In this document: positions 25,257-36,042 of the stretch, one piece after another
Layout of the letters: every line of letters starts with the position of its first letter
How positions within the stretch are numbered: the first letter of the stretch is position 1
DNA from: Deinococcota bacterium
Lineage (GTDB): Bacteria > Deinococcota > Deinococci > Deinococcales > Thermaceae
DNA: 64,000 nucleotides
Reading direction: 5' to 3'
Assembly: GCA_041695225.1 (NCBI GenBank)
Contig: JBGFRI010000046.1
Location: 65,977-129,976, forward strand
Program-made: the position numbers and the translations under genes
The notes under the pieces: generated by a model
Told to the model about the DNA's origin: nothing
Database searches by the model: none
What the model saw: only the letters and a program-made list of their open reading frames with translations

Positions 25257-25880
25257 ATGGTTTTTTGGCTTCAGGAACTCCCGCCGCACCTTGCCGCGGA
25301 AACTGACGAGTTAGCGCAGCTTCAGGTGCTGCAAAGGGCGGGCCTGGTGGTGGCTCCTACCCTGGTGCTGGTGGGGGTGGAGACCGAGTTTTACCAGCTG
25401 GGCAATCTGGCCGAGCAGGTCCGGCACGCTTTTGCTGGGGTGTTTGGGGTACGCATTGATGAAAAAAAGTTAGAGAGCGCCTGTACCTTATCGGAAAAAC
25501 TACTGCGTGAGTCGTACATGTTGTCTGAGCGTTCTGACCAGATCCGCGCAGTTTTGCCTGAAGGCCCGGCGCTGGTACGCTACGCTGGCGAACCACCTTT
25601 TGCGGTAAAGACCGGCCAGCAGGAAACCTTGTGGGCGCTCAAGCGGCTCTGGGCCAGCCGCTGGCAGCTAGATGCTGTGCTTGGGCGTCAGCCGCAGCTG
25701 GCCCCGCCGCAGGTTGCCAGTCTGGTGCAGAGTGTGGGGGGCCCTTTGGTGCTCGACGAAGACCTGGCTGTACAGGCTACCCGGGTGCTAGGGCAGCCTT
25801 TACAGGTCTGGGCCTGCGCGGGACGGGTGGTGCGCCTTACACCCTCTTTGGCCGGCCCAGGGCGCACTGAAACTTTTTAG
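25257..25880 (+). CDS. Hypothetical protein, weak resemblance to a PEP/pyruvate-binding domain
   Basis: LQRAGLVVAP, ALKRLWASRW, LVQ segments; TAGACT -10 box just upstream. Confidence 0.6.
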   Translation: MVFWLQELPPHLAAETDELAQLQVLQRAGLVVAPTLVLVGVETEFYQLGNLAEQVRHAFAGVFGVRIDEKKLESACTLSEKLLRESYMLSERSDQIRAVLPEGPALVRYAGEPPFAVKTGQQETLWALKRLWASRWQLDAVLGRQPQLAPPQVASLVQSVGGPLVLDEDLAVQATRVLGQPLQVWACAGRVVRLTPSLAGPGRTETF

Positions 25881-25893
25881 TTAGGAGAAAACC

Positions 25894-26706
25894 ATGTACG
25901 ACAGCCACATCCACACGCCACTCTGCAAACACGCCCTGGGAGAGCCCGCTGGCTATGTGCAGGCCGCCAAAGACGCAGGCTTGCTGGGCATGGTGATAAC
26001 CGACCATAGCCCCATGCCTGCCTGGTTCGATGCCGAGGTGCGCATGGAGCTGGGTGAGCTGCCCTTCTACCACGCCACGATGGAGAAGCTGCGAACCGAG
26101 GCGGGCAGTTTTTATGTGGGCATCGGCCTCGAGGCCGATTTTCACCCCGGTACCGAGTACTTTGTGCGGCGGCTTGGCCAGCAGTACCCCTACGACTACA
26201 TCATTGGGTCGGTGCACCACATCGGGGCCTGGCCTTTCGACAACCCACGCTATGTCTCCGAGTTCCTCGAGCGCGAGATCGGCGATATTTACCGCGAGTA
26301 CTTCAAGCTGGTGGTACAGGCTGCCAGGTCGGGACTGTTTCACTCCATTGGACACCTCGATCTGCCCAAGGTGATGGGTTTTCGGCCCAGCGAGGGCTAT
26401 CTGGAGCTGGCCGAGGAAGCCCTGCAGGTGATAGCCGGAGAAGGGCTGGCGCTGGATGTGAACACTGCTGGATGGCGCAAAAAGGCTGCCGAGATTTATC
26501 CCAGCGCAGAGCTGTTGGCGCGAGCGTCCCAGCTGCAAATTCCGGTGGTGCTGGGCTCCGACGCCCACCGCCCCGAGGACGTGGCCTATCGCTTTTCCGA
26601 CGCGGTAGAGCTACTGAAAGCGGTGGGCTATACCCAGGCTGTAGTCTTCAGGGCAGGGAAGCCAGTGCCTTATGCGCTGGTAGCCGACGCTCAGTCGAAG
26701 GTCTAA
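25894..26706 (+). CDS. Histidinol-phosphatase, PHP (HisJ) family
   Basis: DSHIHTPLCKHA, TDHSP, GSVH, GHLDL, GSDAHRP. Confidence 0.9.
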   Translation: MYDSHIHTPLCKHALGEPAGYVQAAKDAGLLGMVITDHSPMPAWFDAEVRMELGELPFYHATMEKLRTEAGSFYVGIGLEADFHPGTEYFVRRLGQQYPYDYIIGSVHHIGAWPFDNPRYVSEFLEREIGDIYREYFKLVVQAARSGLFHSIGHLDLPKVMGFRPSEGYLELAEEALQVIAGEGLALDVNTAGWRKKAAEIYPSAELLARASQLQIPVVLGSDAHRPEDVAYRFSDAVELLKAVGYTQAVVFRAGKPVPYALVADAQSKV

Positions 26707-26840
26707 AGACGAAGGTCGAAGGTCGCAAGCTTATAGCCGATAGCGTATAGCCAATAGCCAAAAGACAGTGCGGTTGGCTATCAGCAAAGCTATAGGCTAT
26801 TAGCAGCTAGCAGCAGGTGAGACCGTTGCAGACCTTCGAC
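26694..26840. repeat. Composite nested heptamer element, type I, copy 1
   Basis: GTCGAAG-type outer arm, TAGCCGA/GCTATAG inner hairpin, GACCTTC arm; near-identical to 32219-32365. Confidence 0.9.
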
Positions 26841-26881
26841 TATTTTTGGCCACTTCATGGTCCAGTCTGTAGGCTAGTGGC

Positions 26882-28492
26882 ATGAACCGTAAAGACCTGG
26901 CGGGAATGCTCGAGTACGCTGCCGACCTGATGGAGGTGCTGGGTGAGGGCGAGTTCCGGGCCAAAGCCTACCGCACTGCGGCCCGCAACCTGGAGCAGCA
27001 GGACGCCGAGCTGGGCGAGCTGGCAGCCAGGGGCTTCAAGGGGGTGCCGGGCATTGGGCCATCGCTGGCCCCGATGCTGAGTGAAATTGTCCAGACCGGG
27101 GAGTTCGCCTACCTGGCCGAGCTCGAGAGCCGCGTTCCGCCGGGTGTGCACGAGCTATTCACGGTGCAGGGCCTTGGCCCCAAGCGCATCCGGGCCTTGT
27201 GGGACAACGGCGTGACCAGTCTGGAAGAACTGGTGCTGTATGCCGAAGAGGGCAGAATTCGCGCCCTGCCCGGTTTTGGCGCCAGAAGCGAGGCCAGCCT
27301 GCTGGAGGCCGCCCGCTACGCCCTGGGCAATATGCGCCGGGTGATGCTACCGGTGGGGCTCGAGGTAGCCAGGATACTGCTAACCGACCTGAAGAACGCG
27401 GGGCTAAAGGCCGAACTGGCGGGCAGCGTGCGGCGTGGCCTGGAAACGATCAGCAACCTTGATCTGGTAGTGGTGGGTACCCTGGAGCAGGTGCGCCCGG
27501 TCCTGGGCCGCCATGTGGAAGAGGCCCAGGGCGGTCTGGTGCTGGGGAAGTTCGAGGGCCTGCCCTTGCGGGTTTTTTGTAGCCCTGCCGGCTCTTTTGG
27601 CTCGGTTTTGGTGCAGGCCACGGGTTCACAGGACTGGCTGGCCTCCCTGGGGCCCATTCCCCCTTCCATGTTCACCGAGGAAGAGGTGTTCAAAGCATTG
27701 AGCCAGCCCTTTGTGCCTGCCTACTGGCGGGAAAAGGAGCATATCGGCCTGCCGGTACCCCACGCCACCCTCCAACCCCAGCAGCTTCGGGGCCTGATTC
27801 ATGTGCATTCTACCTACTCCGACGGCAGCGGAACCCTGCGCCAGATGGCCCAGGCTGCCATTGCGCACGGATTTGAATACATGGTTATCTGCGATCACTC
27901 CCAGGCTGCGGCCTATGCCGGTGGGTTGCGGATCGAGGATGTGATACGCCAGTGGGACGAGATAAAGACCCTCAACACCGAGATGGCCCCCTTTCGGATT
28001 TTGCGCGGCATCGAGTCGGACATCCTGCCCGATGGGTCCCTGGATTACCCAGATGAGCTACTGGCAAAATTTGAAGTGGTGGTAGGAAGCCTGCATACGG
28101 GACTAAGCCTGGGCAAAACCGAACAGACCGAACGCCTGCTGCGCGCCCTGGATAACCCGTACTTGAGCATCCTGGGCCACCCCAGCGGCCGCTTGATTCT
28201 GCGACGCAAAGGGGCCGAAGCCGACTGGGAAGCCGTGCTGGAACGCGCCCGGCAAAACCAAAAGGTCGTGGAGTTCAACTGCAGCCCCCACCGCCTCGAC
28301 CTGGACTGGCGGCTGATGCTGGCCTGGCGTGATCGCCTTAACTTTTCGCTAAGCCCCGACGCGCACAGCGTCGAGAGCATCTCGGAGATTGAGTATGGTC
28401 TGCTTTTCGCCCATAAAGCCGGTCTGCACCCCAGCCAGACGGCCAACACCTGGCCCGCCGAGCAGCTGATGGCGTTGAAAAAAAGGACCTAG
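26882..28492 (+). CDS. polX: DNA polymerase X / PHP exonuclease with altered polymerase active site
   Basis: FRAKAYRTAA, HhH motifs GIG/GLG/GFG, AGSVRRG, PHP motifs HVHSTYSD, DHS, GHP, DAH. Confidence 0.92.
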   Translation: MNRKDLAGMLEYAADLMEVLGEGEFRAKAYRTAARNLEQQDAELGELAARGFKGVPGIGPSLAPMLSEIVQTGEFAYLAELESRVPPGVHELFTVQGLGPKRIRALWDNGVTSLEELVLYAEEGRIRALPGFGARSEASLLEAARYALGNMRRVMLPVGLEVARILLTDLKNAGLKAELAGSVRRGLETISNLDLVVVGTLEQVRPVLGRHVEEAQGGLVLGKFEGLPLRVFCSPAGSFGSVLVQATGSQDWLASLGPIPPSMFTEEEVFKALSQPFVPAYWREKEHIGLPVPHATLQPQQLRGLIHVHSTYSDGSGTLRQMAQAAIAHGFEYMVICDHSQAAAYAGGLRIEDVIRQWDEIKTLNTEMAPFRILRGIESDILPDGSLDYPDELLAKFEVVVGSLHTGLSLGKTEQTERLLRALDNPYLSILGHPSGRLILRRKGAEADWEAVLERARQNQKVVEFNCSPHRLDLDWRLMLAWRDRLNFSLSPDAHSVESISEIEYGLLFAHKAGLHPSQTANTWPAEQLMALKKRT

Positions 28493-28654
28493 CCTCAGGC
28501 CGAGTTGCTGGCTACAAGTTCAGTCAGGGGTTTCATAATCACTATTACGGAATGCCCTAGATAATCGTCATTTCGCGCTCATGGCAACCCTTCGATTTTT
28601 TTTGACAGGCTCTGGGCAAGGCTCAGGACAGGCCCCTTCGATAAGCCCTTTGGA

Positions 28655-28727
28655 AGCTGATAGCCGATAGCCGATAGCAACAACCGCTTTTAGCTATCCG
28701 CTATAAGCTATGAGCTATTAGCCATCT
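28655..28727. repeat. Palindromic heptamer element
   Basis: AGCTGAT AGCCGAT AGCCGAT ... GCTATCC GCTATAA GCTATGA GCTATTA. Confidence 0.85.
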
Positions 28728-28765
28728 GAGATGTGAGGCTGGTGTATGGACGACCAGAGGCAATT

Positions 28766-29437
28766 TTACTCACGTGGGGAGGGGTTGTTGCTGGAGTGGG
28801 CTTGCGCTCCAGCAATTTGCTCCAGTTCGCGCTGCAGGTTTTCCCTGGCAGGCTCTTCCAGCTTGACAAAGGCTTCGGTTTGATAAATGCGTCTGCGGCT
28901 CAGAAACTTTTGCAGTACCGCGGCACGGCGCTTTGAGAATAGCGGCTCGGGAAGCCAGGCATACTCCTGCCGGATGGCCTGGGCATAGCACTGGTATGTT
29001 TCGGGTTCGGCGCCCAGCATGGAGAGATCGGCATCCAGGAAAAGGGCGGTATCGGGATCGTCGGTCTGGTGGTTTTCGGTGGCCCGGATTATGGCCGTGG
29101 CGGCCTTTAGGACTTCTGGTGCCACACCCAGACGCCTCAGGCTTTGTTCGGCCAGCAGAGCACTCTGGGCCTCGTTGTCGGTGCGGGTGGGGTCGTAGAT
29201 GGCATCGTGGAACCATGCCGCGAACTCCAGGTGGGGCTGGGCAGGCAGCAAGTGCAACAAATTATCCAGGTGCACCAGATTGTGATAGAACCGCTGCGGC
29301 TCGGTATGGCGGGTGAGCAGATCGTCGAGCATAGAAAAGTGCTCGTTCGGGTCTATCCCCTGCGACGAGAGCAGAGCGTTCCAGCGACCAATCAGTCGCT
29401 TGCGACCACCTGGGGATAGTTTGAAACCCCGATCCAT
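28766..29437 (-). CDS. Predicted HD-family metal-dependent phosphohydrolase (start uncertain)
   Basis: RFYHNLVH, WFHDAIYDP, FLDADL, IRQEY, ARENL motifs. Confidence 0.82.
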   Translation of the reverse strand: MDRGFKLSPGGRKRLIGRWNALLSSQGIDPNEHFSMLDDLLTRHTEPQRFYHNLVHLDNLLHLLPAQPHLEFAAWFHDAIYDPTRTDNEAQSALLAEQSLRRLGVAPEVLKAATAIIRATENHQTDDPDTALFLDADLSMLGAEPETYQCYAQAIRQEYAWLPEPLFSKRRAAVLQKFLSRRRIYQTEAFVKLEEPARENLQRELEQIAGAQAHSSNNPSPRE

Positions 29438-29989
29438 GCCGTGTATCCTATAGGGCTGTTGTGAATCAGACTGTGCTCCATTCAGCATCTAGTAGGCTGC
29501 CAGTCGCCAATTTGTCCTCTGAATCAGGATAGTTGTCGTCCGAGTTGACCCAACGTTTGTAGCGGTGGGCGGAAGCAAGAGAGGCTGTGACAAGGTGCTG
29601 ATAAGAACGATGTGAGTTGGTGATTGTGCAGATGCTGCATCCGATGAGCCGCTCCGTGGCTATACGGCCTCGGGAGTGGGCTGGGTGCTGGCGGCTACCA
29701 TGGTGTTACTGACCCGGCTAGATGATCTGTTTTTGCTGTGAGACCTGCTTCACTTGTCCACCATGGCTACACTCGAGGCTAGGGGTTGTTCTGCACAGGA
29801 CACGGAAGATAAACCAGCAGCAAGGAGCCTGTCCTGAAGTACAGAAAAAAACAGATAGCGACCAGGCAGCGCTATCTGTTCTAAACGCTCGGGGTGGTGG
29901 AGGCCGAAAACCGAGACTATCTGGCCCTAACTGGTCTGGTAAGAAAACTTTCGCCTCGCATACTCACCCCACGCACGGTGAAGAAAGTA

Positions 29990-30058
29990 TGTCTCAGGTC
30001 TCAAGTCGCAGGTCTCAAGTCTATTGACATGCGACCTGAGACTTGCGACCTGCGACAC
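29990..30058. repeat. Palindromic heptamer element downstream of aceA
   Basis: GTCTCAG GTCTCAA GTCGCAG GTCTCAA / GACATGC GACCTGA GACTTGC GACCTGC. Confidence 0.9.
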
Positions 30059-30102
30059 TCCGAAAGGTTCAGTACCGGTCAAGGCGTTAAGGTACCAAGG
30101 CC

Positions 30103-31398
30103 TCAATGGAACTGCGCTTCCTCGGTCGAGCCCGCCAGCGCCGCAGTGGAGGCCTGTCCGGCGGTGATGGCCATCAGTACATCATCAAAGTAGCCCGCGC
30201 CCACCTCACGCTGGTGCCGGACGGCGGTAAAGCCCTCTTTCTCGGCGGCGAACTCGAGCTGTTGCAGCTCCACAAAGGCACTCATGCCGCGCTCTTTGTA
30301 GCCCTTGGCAAGTTCGAAGGTGCGGTAGTTGAGGTTGTGCCAGCCCGCCAGGGTGATGAACTGGAACTTGTAGCCCATTGCACCCAGCTCGCGCTGGAAC
30401 CTGGCGATGGTGGCGTCGTCGAGGTTCTTTTTCCAGTTGAAGCTGGGCGAGCAGTTGTAGGCCAGCATCTTGCCGGGAAACTGCGCATGCACCGCCTCGG
30501 CAAACCTGCGGGCCTGCTCTAAATCGGGGATGCTGGTCTCCATCCACAACAGGTCGGCGTAGGGTGCGTAGGACAGAGAGCGGGCAATGCAGGGCTCAAT
30601 GCCGTTGCGGATGCGGTAAAAGCCTTCGGGGGTGCGTTCGCCGTCTTTGACGAAAGGCCTGTCGCGCTCGTCAATATCGCTGGTCAGCAGGGTGGCCGAC
30701 TCGGCGTCGGTACGGCAGACAATCACGCTGGGTACGCCCGCAATATCGGCGGCCAGGCGGGCTGCGTTGAGGGCGCGGATGTGCTGCTGGGTTGGGATTA
30801 ATACTTTCCCGCCCAGGTGCCCACACTTTTTCTCGCTCGAGAGCTGGTCTTCCCAGTGCACACCAGCAGCACCAGCCTCAATCATGCCCTTCATCAGCTC
30901 AAAAGCATTCAGGGGCCCGCCGAACCCTGCCTCGGCGTCGGCCACGATGGGGGCGTACCAGTAGCGGTCGGTCTTCCCCTCGGAGCGCTCAATCTGGTCG
31001 GCCCTGGTGAGGGCGTTGTTGATGCGTTTGACCACTGCCGGAACCGAGTTCGCCGGGTAAAGCGACTGGTCGGGGTAGGTCTGGGCACCCAGGTTGGCGT
31101 CGCCGGCCACCTGCCAGCCCGAAAGATAGATGGCCTCGAGCCCGGCCTTGACCATCTGCACCGCTTGCGCGCCAGTATATGCCCCAAAGGTGTTGACGTA
31201 CGGGCGGCTGTGCAGCAGCTCCCACAACCGCTCGGCCCCAACCCTGGCCAGGGTTTGTTCGGGCAGAATACTGGGTCGCAGGCGCACCACATCTTCGGGT
31301 GTGTAGTCGCGCCGGATACCTTTCCAGCGGGGGCTGGTCTCCCACTCTCGGCGGAGTTTGTCGGCCTCCAGCTTCATCTCAGGGGTCAGTTTGGACAT
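30103..31398 (-). CDS. aceA: Isocitrate lyase
   Basis: [44 protein letters not shown] before MSKLTPE. Confidence 0.98.
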   Translation of the reverse strand: MSKLTPEMKLEADKLRREWETSPRWKGIRRDYTPEDVVRLRPSILPEQTLARVGAERLWELLHSRPYVNTFGAYTGAQAVQMVKAGLEAIYLSGWQVAGDANLGAQTYPDQSLYPANSVPAVVKRINNALTRADQIERSEGKTDRYWYAPIVADAEAGFGGPLNAFELMKGMIEAGAAGVHWEDQLSSEKKCGHLGGKVLIPTQQHIRALNAARLAADIAGVPSVIVCRTDAESATLLTSDIDERDRPFVKDGERTPEGFYRIRNGIEPCIARSLSYAPYADLLWMETSIPDLEQARRFAEAVHAQFPGKMLAYNCSPSFNWKKNLDDATIARFQRELGAMGYKFQFITLAGWHNLNYRTFELAKGYKERGMSAFVELQQLEFAAEKEGFTAVRHQREVGAGYFDDVLMAITAGQASTAALAGSTEEAQFH

Positions 31399-31677
31399 GC
31401 TCTTACCTCCCTGTTCTGAGTATGAAGTAGGCACTCATATCTCAGCGGGTGTATATCAAGGGAAGCGACACGTACCTACACGTGTACCACCTTTCTGATT
31501 ACACTCGCCAGGAACTACACCACTGTGTAGATAGGCCACTAAAAATAATGCGGGTAACAATGTAAGCGGGTGAGCAAGACGTGCGAGGGTTTTCAAGGCT
31601 GTGGCATACGAGAAACCTGGTTAATTCGCGTTTCCATGAAACTGGCCTGTTATTATAGGTCGGGACTTGGAGGAATC

Positions 31678-32193
31678 ATGAAGCGATTAATTGCCCTACT
31701 AGCTTTGGTTGTTGGCCTGGCCTTCGCCCAACCACCAGCCTTTCCAGAAAACACGGTCGGGGTTGGTTTTGGGATCAATCGAGGGCTGATTTTACAGGCC
31801 AGCACGGTTTTGCCGTTCACCCCGCTGGGCATTGACACCGGGCTTGACCTCGAGGCCATCGTGCCCACCACCTTCGACAATATTGAAATCTGGGCGATGC
31901 TGAAAGCCAATCTGTTCCCGGCCCTGGTTGTGGCCGATCAATCGGTTTCCGCTGGTCTGGCTATGGATATGAGTTTCAACACCCTGGGAAGTGTTTTTGG
32001 CATTCACCTGGGGCCAGTGGCCAGCCTCGAGATTCCCGGCGGGGCCATTTCCGGCTATGTGGGTCTGGGTTTTGAAGGGCGTTTTAGCCTTGCCTATGGG
32101 CTGGGTGCGCGGCTGTACCTCGATCCGATTGCTCTTCAGGTGGGAATTTCCGACCGATATCCCATCAAAATTGCGCTGCTCTTTCTCTGGTAG
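31678..32193 (+). CDS. Exported protein, probable small outer-membrane beta-barrel
   Basis: Signal peptide MKRLIALL..AFA, amphipathic beta-like segments, terminal Trp. Confidence 0.65.
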   Translation: MKRLIALLALVVGLAFAQPPAFPENTVGVGFGINRGLILQASTVLPFTPLGIDTGLDLEAIVPTTFDNIEIWAMLKANLFPALVVADQSVSAGLAMDMSFNTLGSVFGIHLGPVASLEIPGGAISGYVGLGFEGRFSLAYGLGARLYLDPIALQVGISDRYPIKIALLFLW

Positions 32194-32218
32194 CCAGCCA
32201 ATGGCGCTTACGCGCTTG

Positions 32219-32396
32219 GTCGAAGGTCTAAAGCCGAAGGTCGAGGGCCAAAAGCTTATAGCCGATAGCGTATAGCCAATAGCCAAAAGACAGTGCAGTT
32301 AGCTATCAGATATTAGCTATAGGCTATTAGCAGCTAGCAGCAGGTGAAACCGTGGCAGACCTTACACCGTAGACTCTAGACCTTAGACCGTAGACT
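32219..32396. repeat. Composite nested heptamer element, type I, copy 2
   Basis: Near-identical to 26694-26840, with a longer (TAGACC)-type right arm. Confidence 0.9.
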
Positions 32397-32474
32397 TGCC
32401 ACTAAAGGAGCAGTGGGTCCACGCCCGGGCGGCATGGGGCAAATTACCCTGAGGGGCTGGGCTAGCCTATCGGC

Positions 32475-33068
32475 ATGAACCCATCGCTGCAGGGGTATTT
32501 TCAGGTAGTGCAAGCAGTCTGGGAGGAGCTGCCTCCCGTTACGCGCTTCGGACTTCGGGACGAGCAGACCCTCAAAACCTACCTTCCGCAGTTGCGAGGC
32601 TGGGAAGATGCCATAATAAGTAGCTTCTACGACACGCTCTTTAGCCACCCCGCCACGCGCTCGGTCTTTCGCGAAGGCGAGCGCGCCATGCGCGAGCAGG
32701 TTTTACGGGTCTGGTATCAGCGTACAATAGGTGGACCGTTTAACCGCGAGTACTTCGCCTGGCAGGTCCTGGTCGGCCAGGTGCATCAGTACCGGGGCAT
32801 CTCCAAGGGCCAGGTAATGGTGATGTGGGGCTGGCTTACCGAGCAGATCTGGCAACTTTCCCACCTCAGCCTGCCTTTAGACGAGGCCGACCAGCTAACC
32901 AGGGCCTGGATGCGCCTGGCGAACACCATCAAGGCCATCTCTGCCGACGAGCGCCAGGGGAGCTACATGAAAGCCTTCGAGGAGCAGACCGGCTCGAATC
33001 TGCGCATCCTGCAGTCGGCGGCAATGAGCTGGCTCGAGGAGCTGGAAAAGGACTCTAAGCGCTCCTAG
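32475..33068 (+). CDS. Protoglobin / globin-sensor domain protein
   Basis: FGLRDEQTL, FYDTLFSHP, VGQVH...GI pattern; TAGCCT -10 box upstream. Confidence 0.7.
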   Translation: MNPSLQGYFQVVQAVWEELPPVTRFGLRDEQTLKTYLPQLRGWEDAIISSFYDTLFSHPATRSVFREGERAMREQVLRVWYQRTIGGPFNREYFAWQVLVGQVHQYRGISKGQVMVMWGWLTEQIWQLSHLSLPLDEADQLTRAWMRLANTIKAISADERQGSYMKAFEEQTGSNLRILQSAAMSWLEELEKDSKRS

Positions 33069-33096
33069 CGCAGTCTGCGATCTAATAACCAGTGCC

Positions 33097-34623
33097 CTAC
33101 TCCCACTCAATCGTGGCTGGGGGCTTGCTGGTAATGTCGTAGACCACCCGACCAATCTCCGGCACCTTGCGGGTTATTCTGCGGGCTACTTCATCCAGAA
33201 AATCCAGCGGCAAGCGGGCCCAGTCGGCGGTCATAAAGTCCAGGGTGGAAACCGCCCGCAGGCCCAGTACATAGCCGTAGCTCCGTTCATCCCCTATCAC
33301 ACCCACGCTTTGTATGGGGGTAAGAATGGCAGCAGCTTGCGAAACCTGGTCGTAGAGGTTCCAGTCCCGCAGGCCAGAGATAAAGATATCGTCGGCCTGG
33401 CGCAGGATGTCGAGTTTTTGTGGGGTGACTTCGCCCAGTATACGAATCGCAAGACCGGGGCCCGGAAAGGGATGCCGCATGCGGATGGGCTCCGGCAGGC
33501 CCAGCAGCAAAGCCAGCTCGCGTACCTCGTCCTTGAACAGGTAGCGGAAGGGCTCGAGTAGCTGGAACTTCAGATCGTCCGGCAGGCCGCCCACGTTGTG
33601 GTGGCTTTTGATGTTGGCGCTGCCCTCGCCGCTGCCTGCCGACTCGATCACATCGGGGTAGAGCGTCCCCTGGGCCAGCCATCTGTAGCCCTGAACAGAC
33701 AGCTGCCGGGCCTCGCGCTCGAAGACCCGGATAAACTCCCGGCCCACAATCTTGCGTTTCTGCTCGGGGTCGGCTACCCCCTGCAAAGCCGACAAAAACT
33801 GCTCGGAGGCATCTACCACCCGCAGCGCCTGGCCCAGCGGCCGCAGGGCTTGCTCGACCTCGAGGCGTTCGCCGAGTCGGAGCAGGCCATGATCCACAAA
33901 TACCGCCGTAAGTTTGTCGCCAATAGCATGTGAAAGCAGAAGGGCCAGGGTGGACGAGTCTACCCCGCCCGACACCCCCAGCATCACCCTGTCTTCACCC
34001 ACTTTTGAGCGAATCTCGGCAATCAGGTTTTCCAGGGTGTGCTGGGCCGTCCAGTCGCGGGCCACCCCGGCCAGGCTCAGAAAATTCTCCAGTACCTGCA
34101 TCCCCTTGGGGCTATGCACCACCTCGGGGTGAAACTGCACCCCAAAAGTGCGCCCATCCGGTGCCGCAATTCCTGCCACGGGATTCTCTTGGGTACTGGC
34201 AATTATGCTCCAGCCCTCGGGCAAGACCGTAACTGCATCGGAGTGCGACATCCACATCTGCAGTTCGCCCTGCAAGCCAGCAAATAGCGGGCCGGTATGA
34301 AACTCCAGACTGGCCTTGCCATACTCCCGCCGTCCGGCGCGCTCGACCTGGCCTCCGTAGTGCTGGCTCAGATACTGCATGCCATAGCAGATGCCCAGCG
34401 TGGGCCAGCCCTGCTCCAGCACCCCCGGGGCAGGCCGTGGACTGCCGGGATCGAAAACCGAGGCTGGGCCACCAGAGAGAATAAGGGCCTGGGGGTTTTC
34501 GGCTTTGATGCGCTCCAGGCTTGCAGTTCCAGGCAGTATGACCGAGTAGGCCCGCAACTCCCGGATGCGGCGGGCAATCAGGCGGGTGTACTGCGAACCA
34601 TAGTCGAGGATAACCACACTCAT
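33097..34623 (-). CDS. guaA: GMP synthase (glutamine-hydrolysing)
   Basis: [40 protein letters not shown]. Confidence 0.98.
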   Translation of the reverse strand: MSVVILDYGSQYTRLIARRIRELRAYSVILPGTASLERIKAENPQALILSGGPASVFDPGSPRPAPGVLEQGWPTLGICYGMQYLSQHYGGQVERAGRREYGKASLEFHTGPLFAGLQGELQMWMSHSDAVTVLPEGWSIIASTQENPVAGIAAPDGRTFGVQFHPEVVHSPKGMQVLENFLSLAGVARDWTAQHTLENLIAEIRSKVGEDRVMLGVSGGVDSSTLALLLSHAIGDKLTAVFVDHGLLRLGERLEVEQALRPLGQALRVVDASEQFLSALQGVADPEQKRKIVGREFIRVFEREARQLSVQGYRWLAQGTLYPDVIESAGSGEGSANIKSHHNVGGLPDDLKFQLLEPFRYLFKDEVRELALLLGLPEPIRMRHPFPGPGLAIRILGEVTPQKLDILRQADDIFISGLRDWNLYDQVSQAAAILTPIQSVGVIGDERSYGYVLGLRAVSTLDFMTADWARLPLDFLDEVARRITRKVPEIGRVVYDITSKPPATIEWE

Positions 34624-34647
34624 GCAAGAAGCATAAGGCGAAGTAAA

Positions 34648-34781
34648 GTCAAGAGTCGAGAGTAGGGTCGAGGGTCGAGGGCCGAGGGTCAGAAGTTCGT
34701 CGAAGGTCAAAGGTCGAAGGCCGCAGGTCAAAAGCTATTAGCCATTGACTATAGGCTATCGACCATGGACTATCGACTTAT
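34648..34781. repeat. Composite heptamer element, type II, copy 1 (reverse orientation)
   Basis: Reverse complement matches 61055-61165 and 63797-63884. Confidence 0.9.
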
Positions 34782-35890
34782 CGCAGGCTGATAGTGATGC
34801 CGGCGGGGTTTGGCACCTCAATCAGCGCCTCCACCGGGGCACGTCCCTGCACCTGAACCCGGATGCGATAGACCCCTGGCTGGTCGAACTCCACCCGCCC
34901 GGGCACCTCGGCAATCGTGGTGTTGAGCGGCATTCTGGAGCGCTGAGGAATTTCTAGCACTGCAATACTGGCCCGTGGGCCCGGCGGCTGAAGGCGAAAC
35001 TCAACGGAATAGACTGTAGGTTGCGCTGGGGGCTGGGCCCGCTCGCGCAGCCACAAGCCAACCCCCCCGGCCAGCAACAGGAGCGGAATAACCCACAGCC
35101 AGAACAAAAAAGCACGGCGGCTGGTTGGCGGCGGCTCGATCACCTCGAAGGAGGGCTCGATACGATCCTCAATGCGAATACGGCGCGGTGGCGTACCAGC
35201 GGCTGGGGGCGGGGGTAACTGCGCCTCGCTGACCTGCACCGTAAGGCTTTTGCTGGTGGGCTTGGATAAATTGGGGTCGGCTGGTTCGGTGAGCGTGGGC
35301 AGAACTGGGGTAACCACCGAGACCGGGGGCAGTGCGGTAGCGGCGGCCTCGAGCTGCTCCACCAGCGCAGTGTATTCGAGCTGACCCGTCACATAGTTCT
35401 CCAGGGCCTCTCTCCATGGCAGGGCCGCATAGGCATCGCTGGCAATCACCCGTACGGTACTGATTAGTCCAGCAAAGTCCCATTTGTGGTCGGGGTTAGC
35501 CACCCCTACTCCCCCAAGCCATACCCGGCTTCCCCTGGCCCAGATTAGTTCGGGCATGATATAGCCAACAGGAATATCGTTCTTCTGGGCATCCTGCAAG
35601 ACGCTGAGCAGTTGCTTGACCCACTGCACCAGCCGGGCCTCCTCCACCCGGCCTGCTAACCAGGAGATCTGCACTGCTCCCACCGGAATCTCGGCAATCC
35701 AGACCTCCTGTTCCTGGGCTATCCAGGCCAGGGTGTACGGTATGGACAGTTTAGGTGGTTCTTCCGGCAGAGGTCTGAAGGCCAGCACCTCGATACCGGT
35801 GCGCACATCCTGCCCCTCGTAAACCTCTGTCGCACTTCCCCCCGGTAGCGCAATCCGCCCCCGTAACAAGTAGTGCCCCAGGCTCTCCAT
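34778..35890 (-). CDS. Membrane protein with degenerate kinase-like N-terminus, Pro-rich linker, one TM helix and a PEGA-like C-terminus
   Basis: LGHYLLRGRI..TEVYEGQDVRTG resembles the start of a Ser/Thr kinase but catalytic motifs are absent; TM FLFWLWVIPLLLLAGG. Confidence 0.6.
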   Translation of the reverse strand: MESLGHYLLRGRIALPGGSATEVYEGQDVRTGIEVLAFRPLPEEPPKLSIPYTLAWIAQEQEVWIAEIPVGAVQISWLAGRVEEARLVQWVKQLLSVLQDAQKNDIPVGYIMPELIWARGSRVWLGGVGVANPDHKWDFAGLISTVRVIASDAYAALPWREALENYVTGQLEYTALVEQLEAAATALPPVSVVTPVLPTLTEPADPNLSKPTSKSLTVQVSEAQLPPPPAAGTPPRRIRIEDRIEPSFEVIEPPPTSRRAFLFWLWVIPLLLLAGGVGLWLRERAQPPAQPTVYSVEFRLQPPGPRASIAVLEIPQRSRMPLNTTIAEVPGRVEFDQPGVYRIRVQVQGRAPVEALIEVPNPAGITISLR

Positions 35891-36042
35891 AACCCGCAGT
35901 ATAAAGCAGTATCAGCCGTGTTTGTGCACGGTCCAGATGTGAAAAACATGATCAGCCCACAGGCCCGCCGTTTCCCAATCGGGCCCAGGTTATGGTCAAA
36001 TACCGCAGATTTCAGCTATAACCCCTCGTATATTGACAAAAG

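Noticed and set aside
34624..34731. N-terminal extension of GuaA in the ORF track (likewise PyrH 60118-60204)
   Set aside because: Translated heptamer repeats upstream of the conserved starts; guaA has a -10 box right before ATG 34623.
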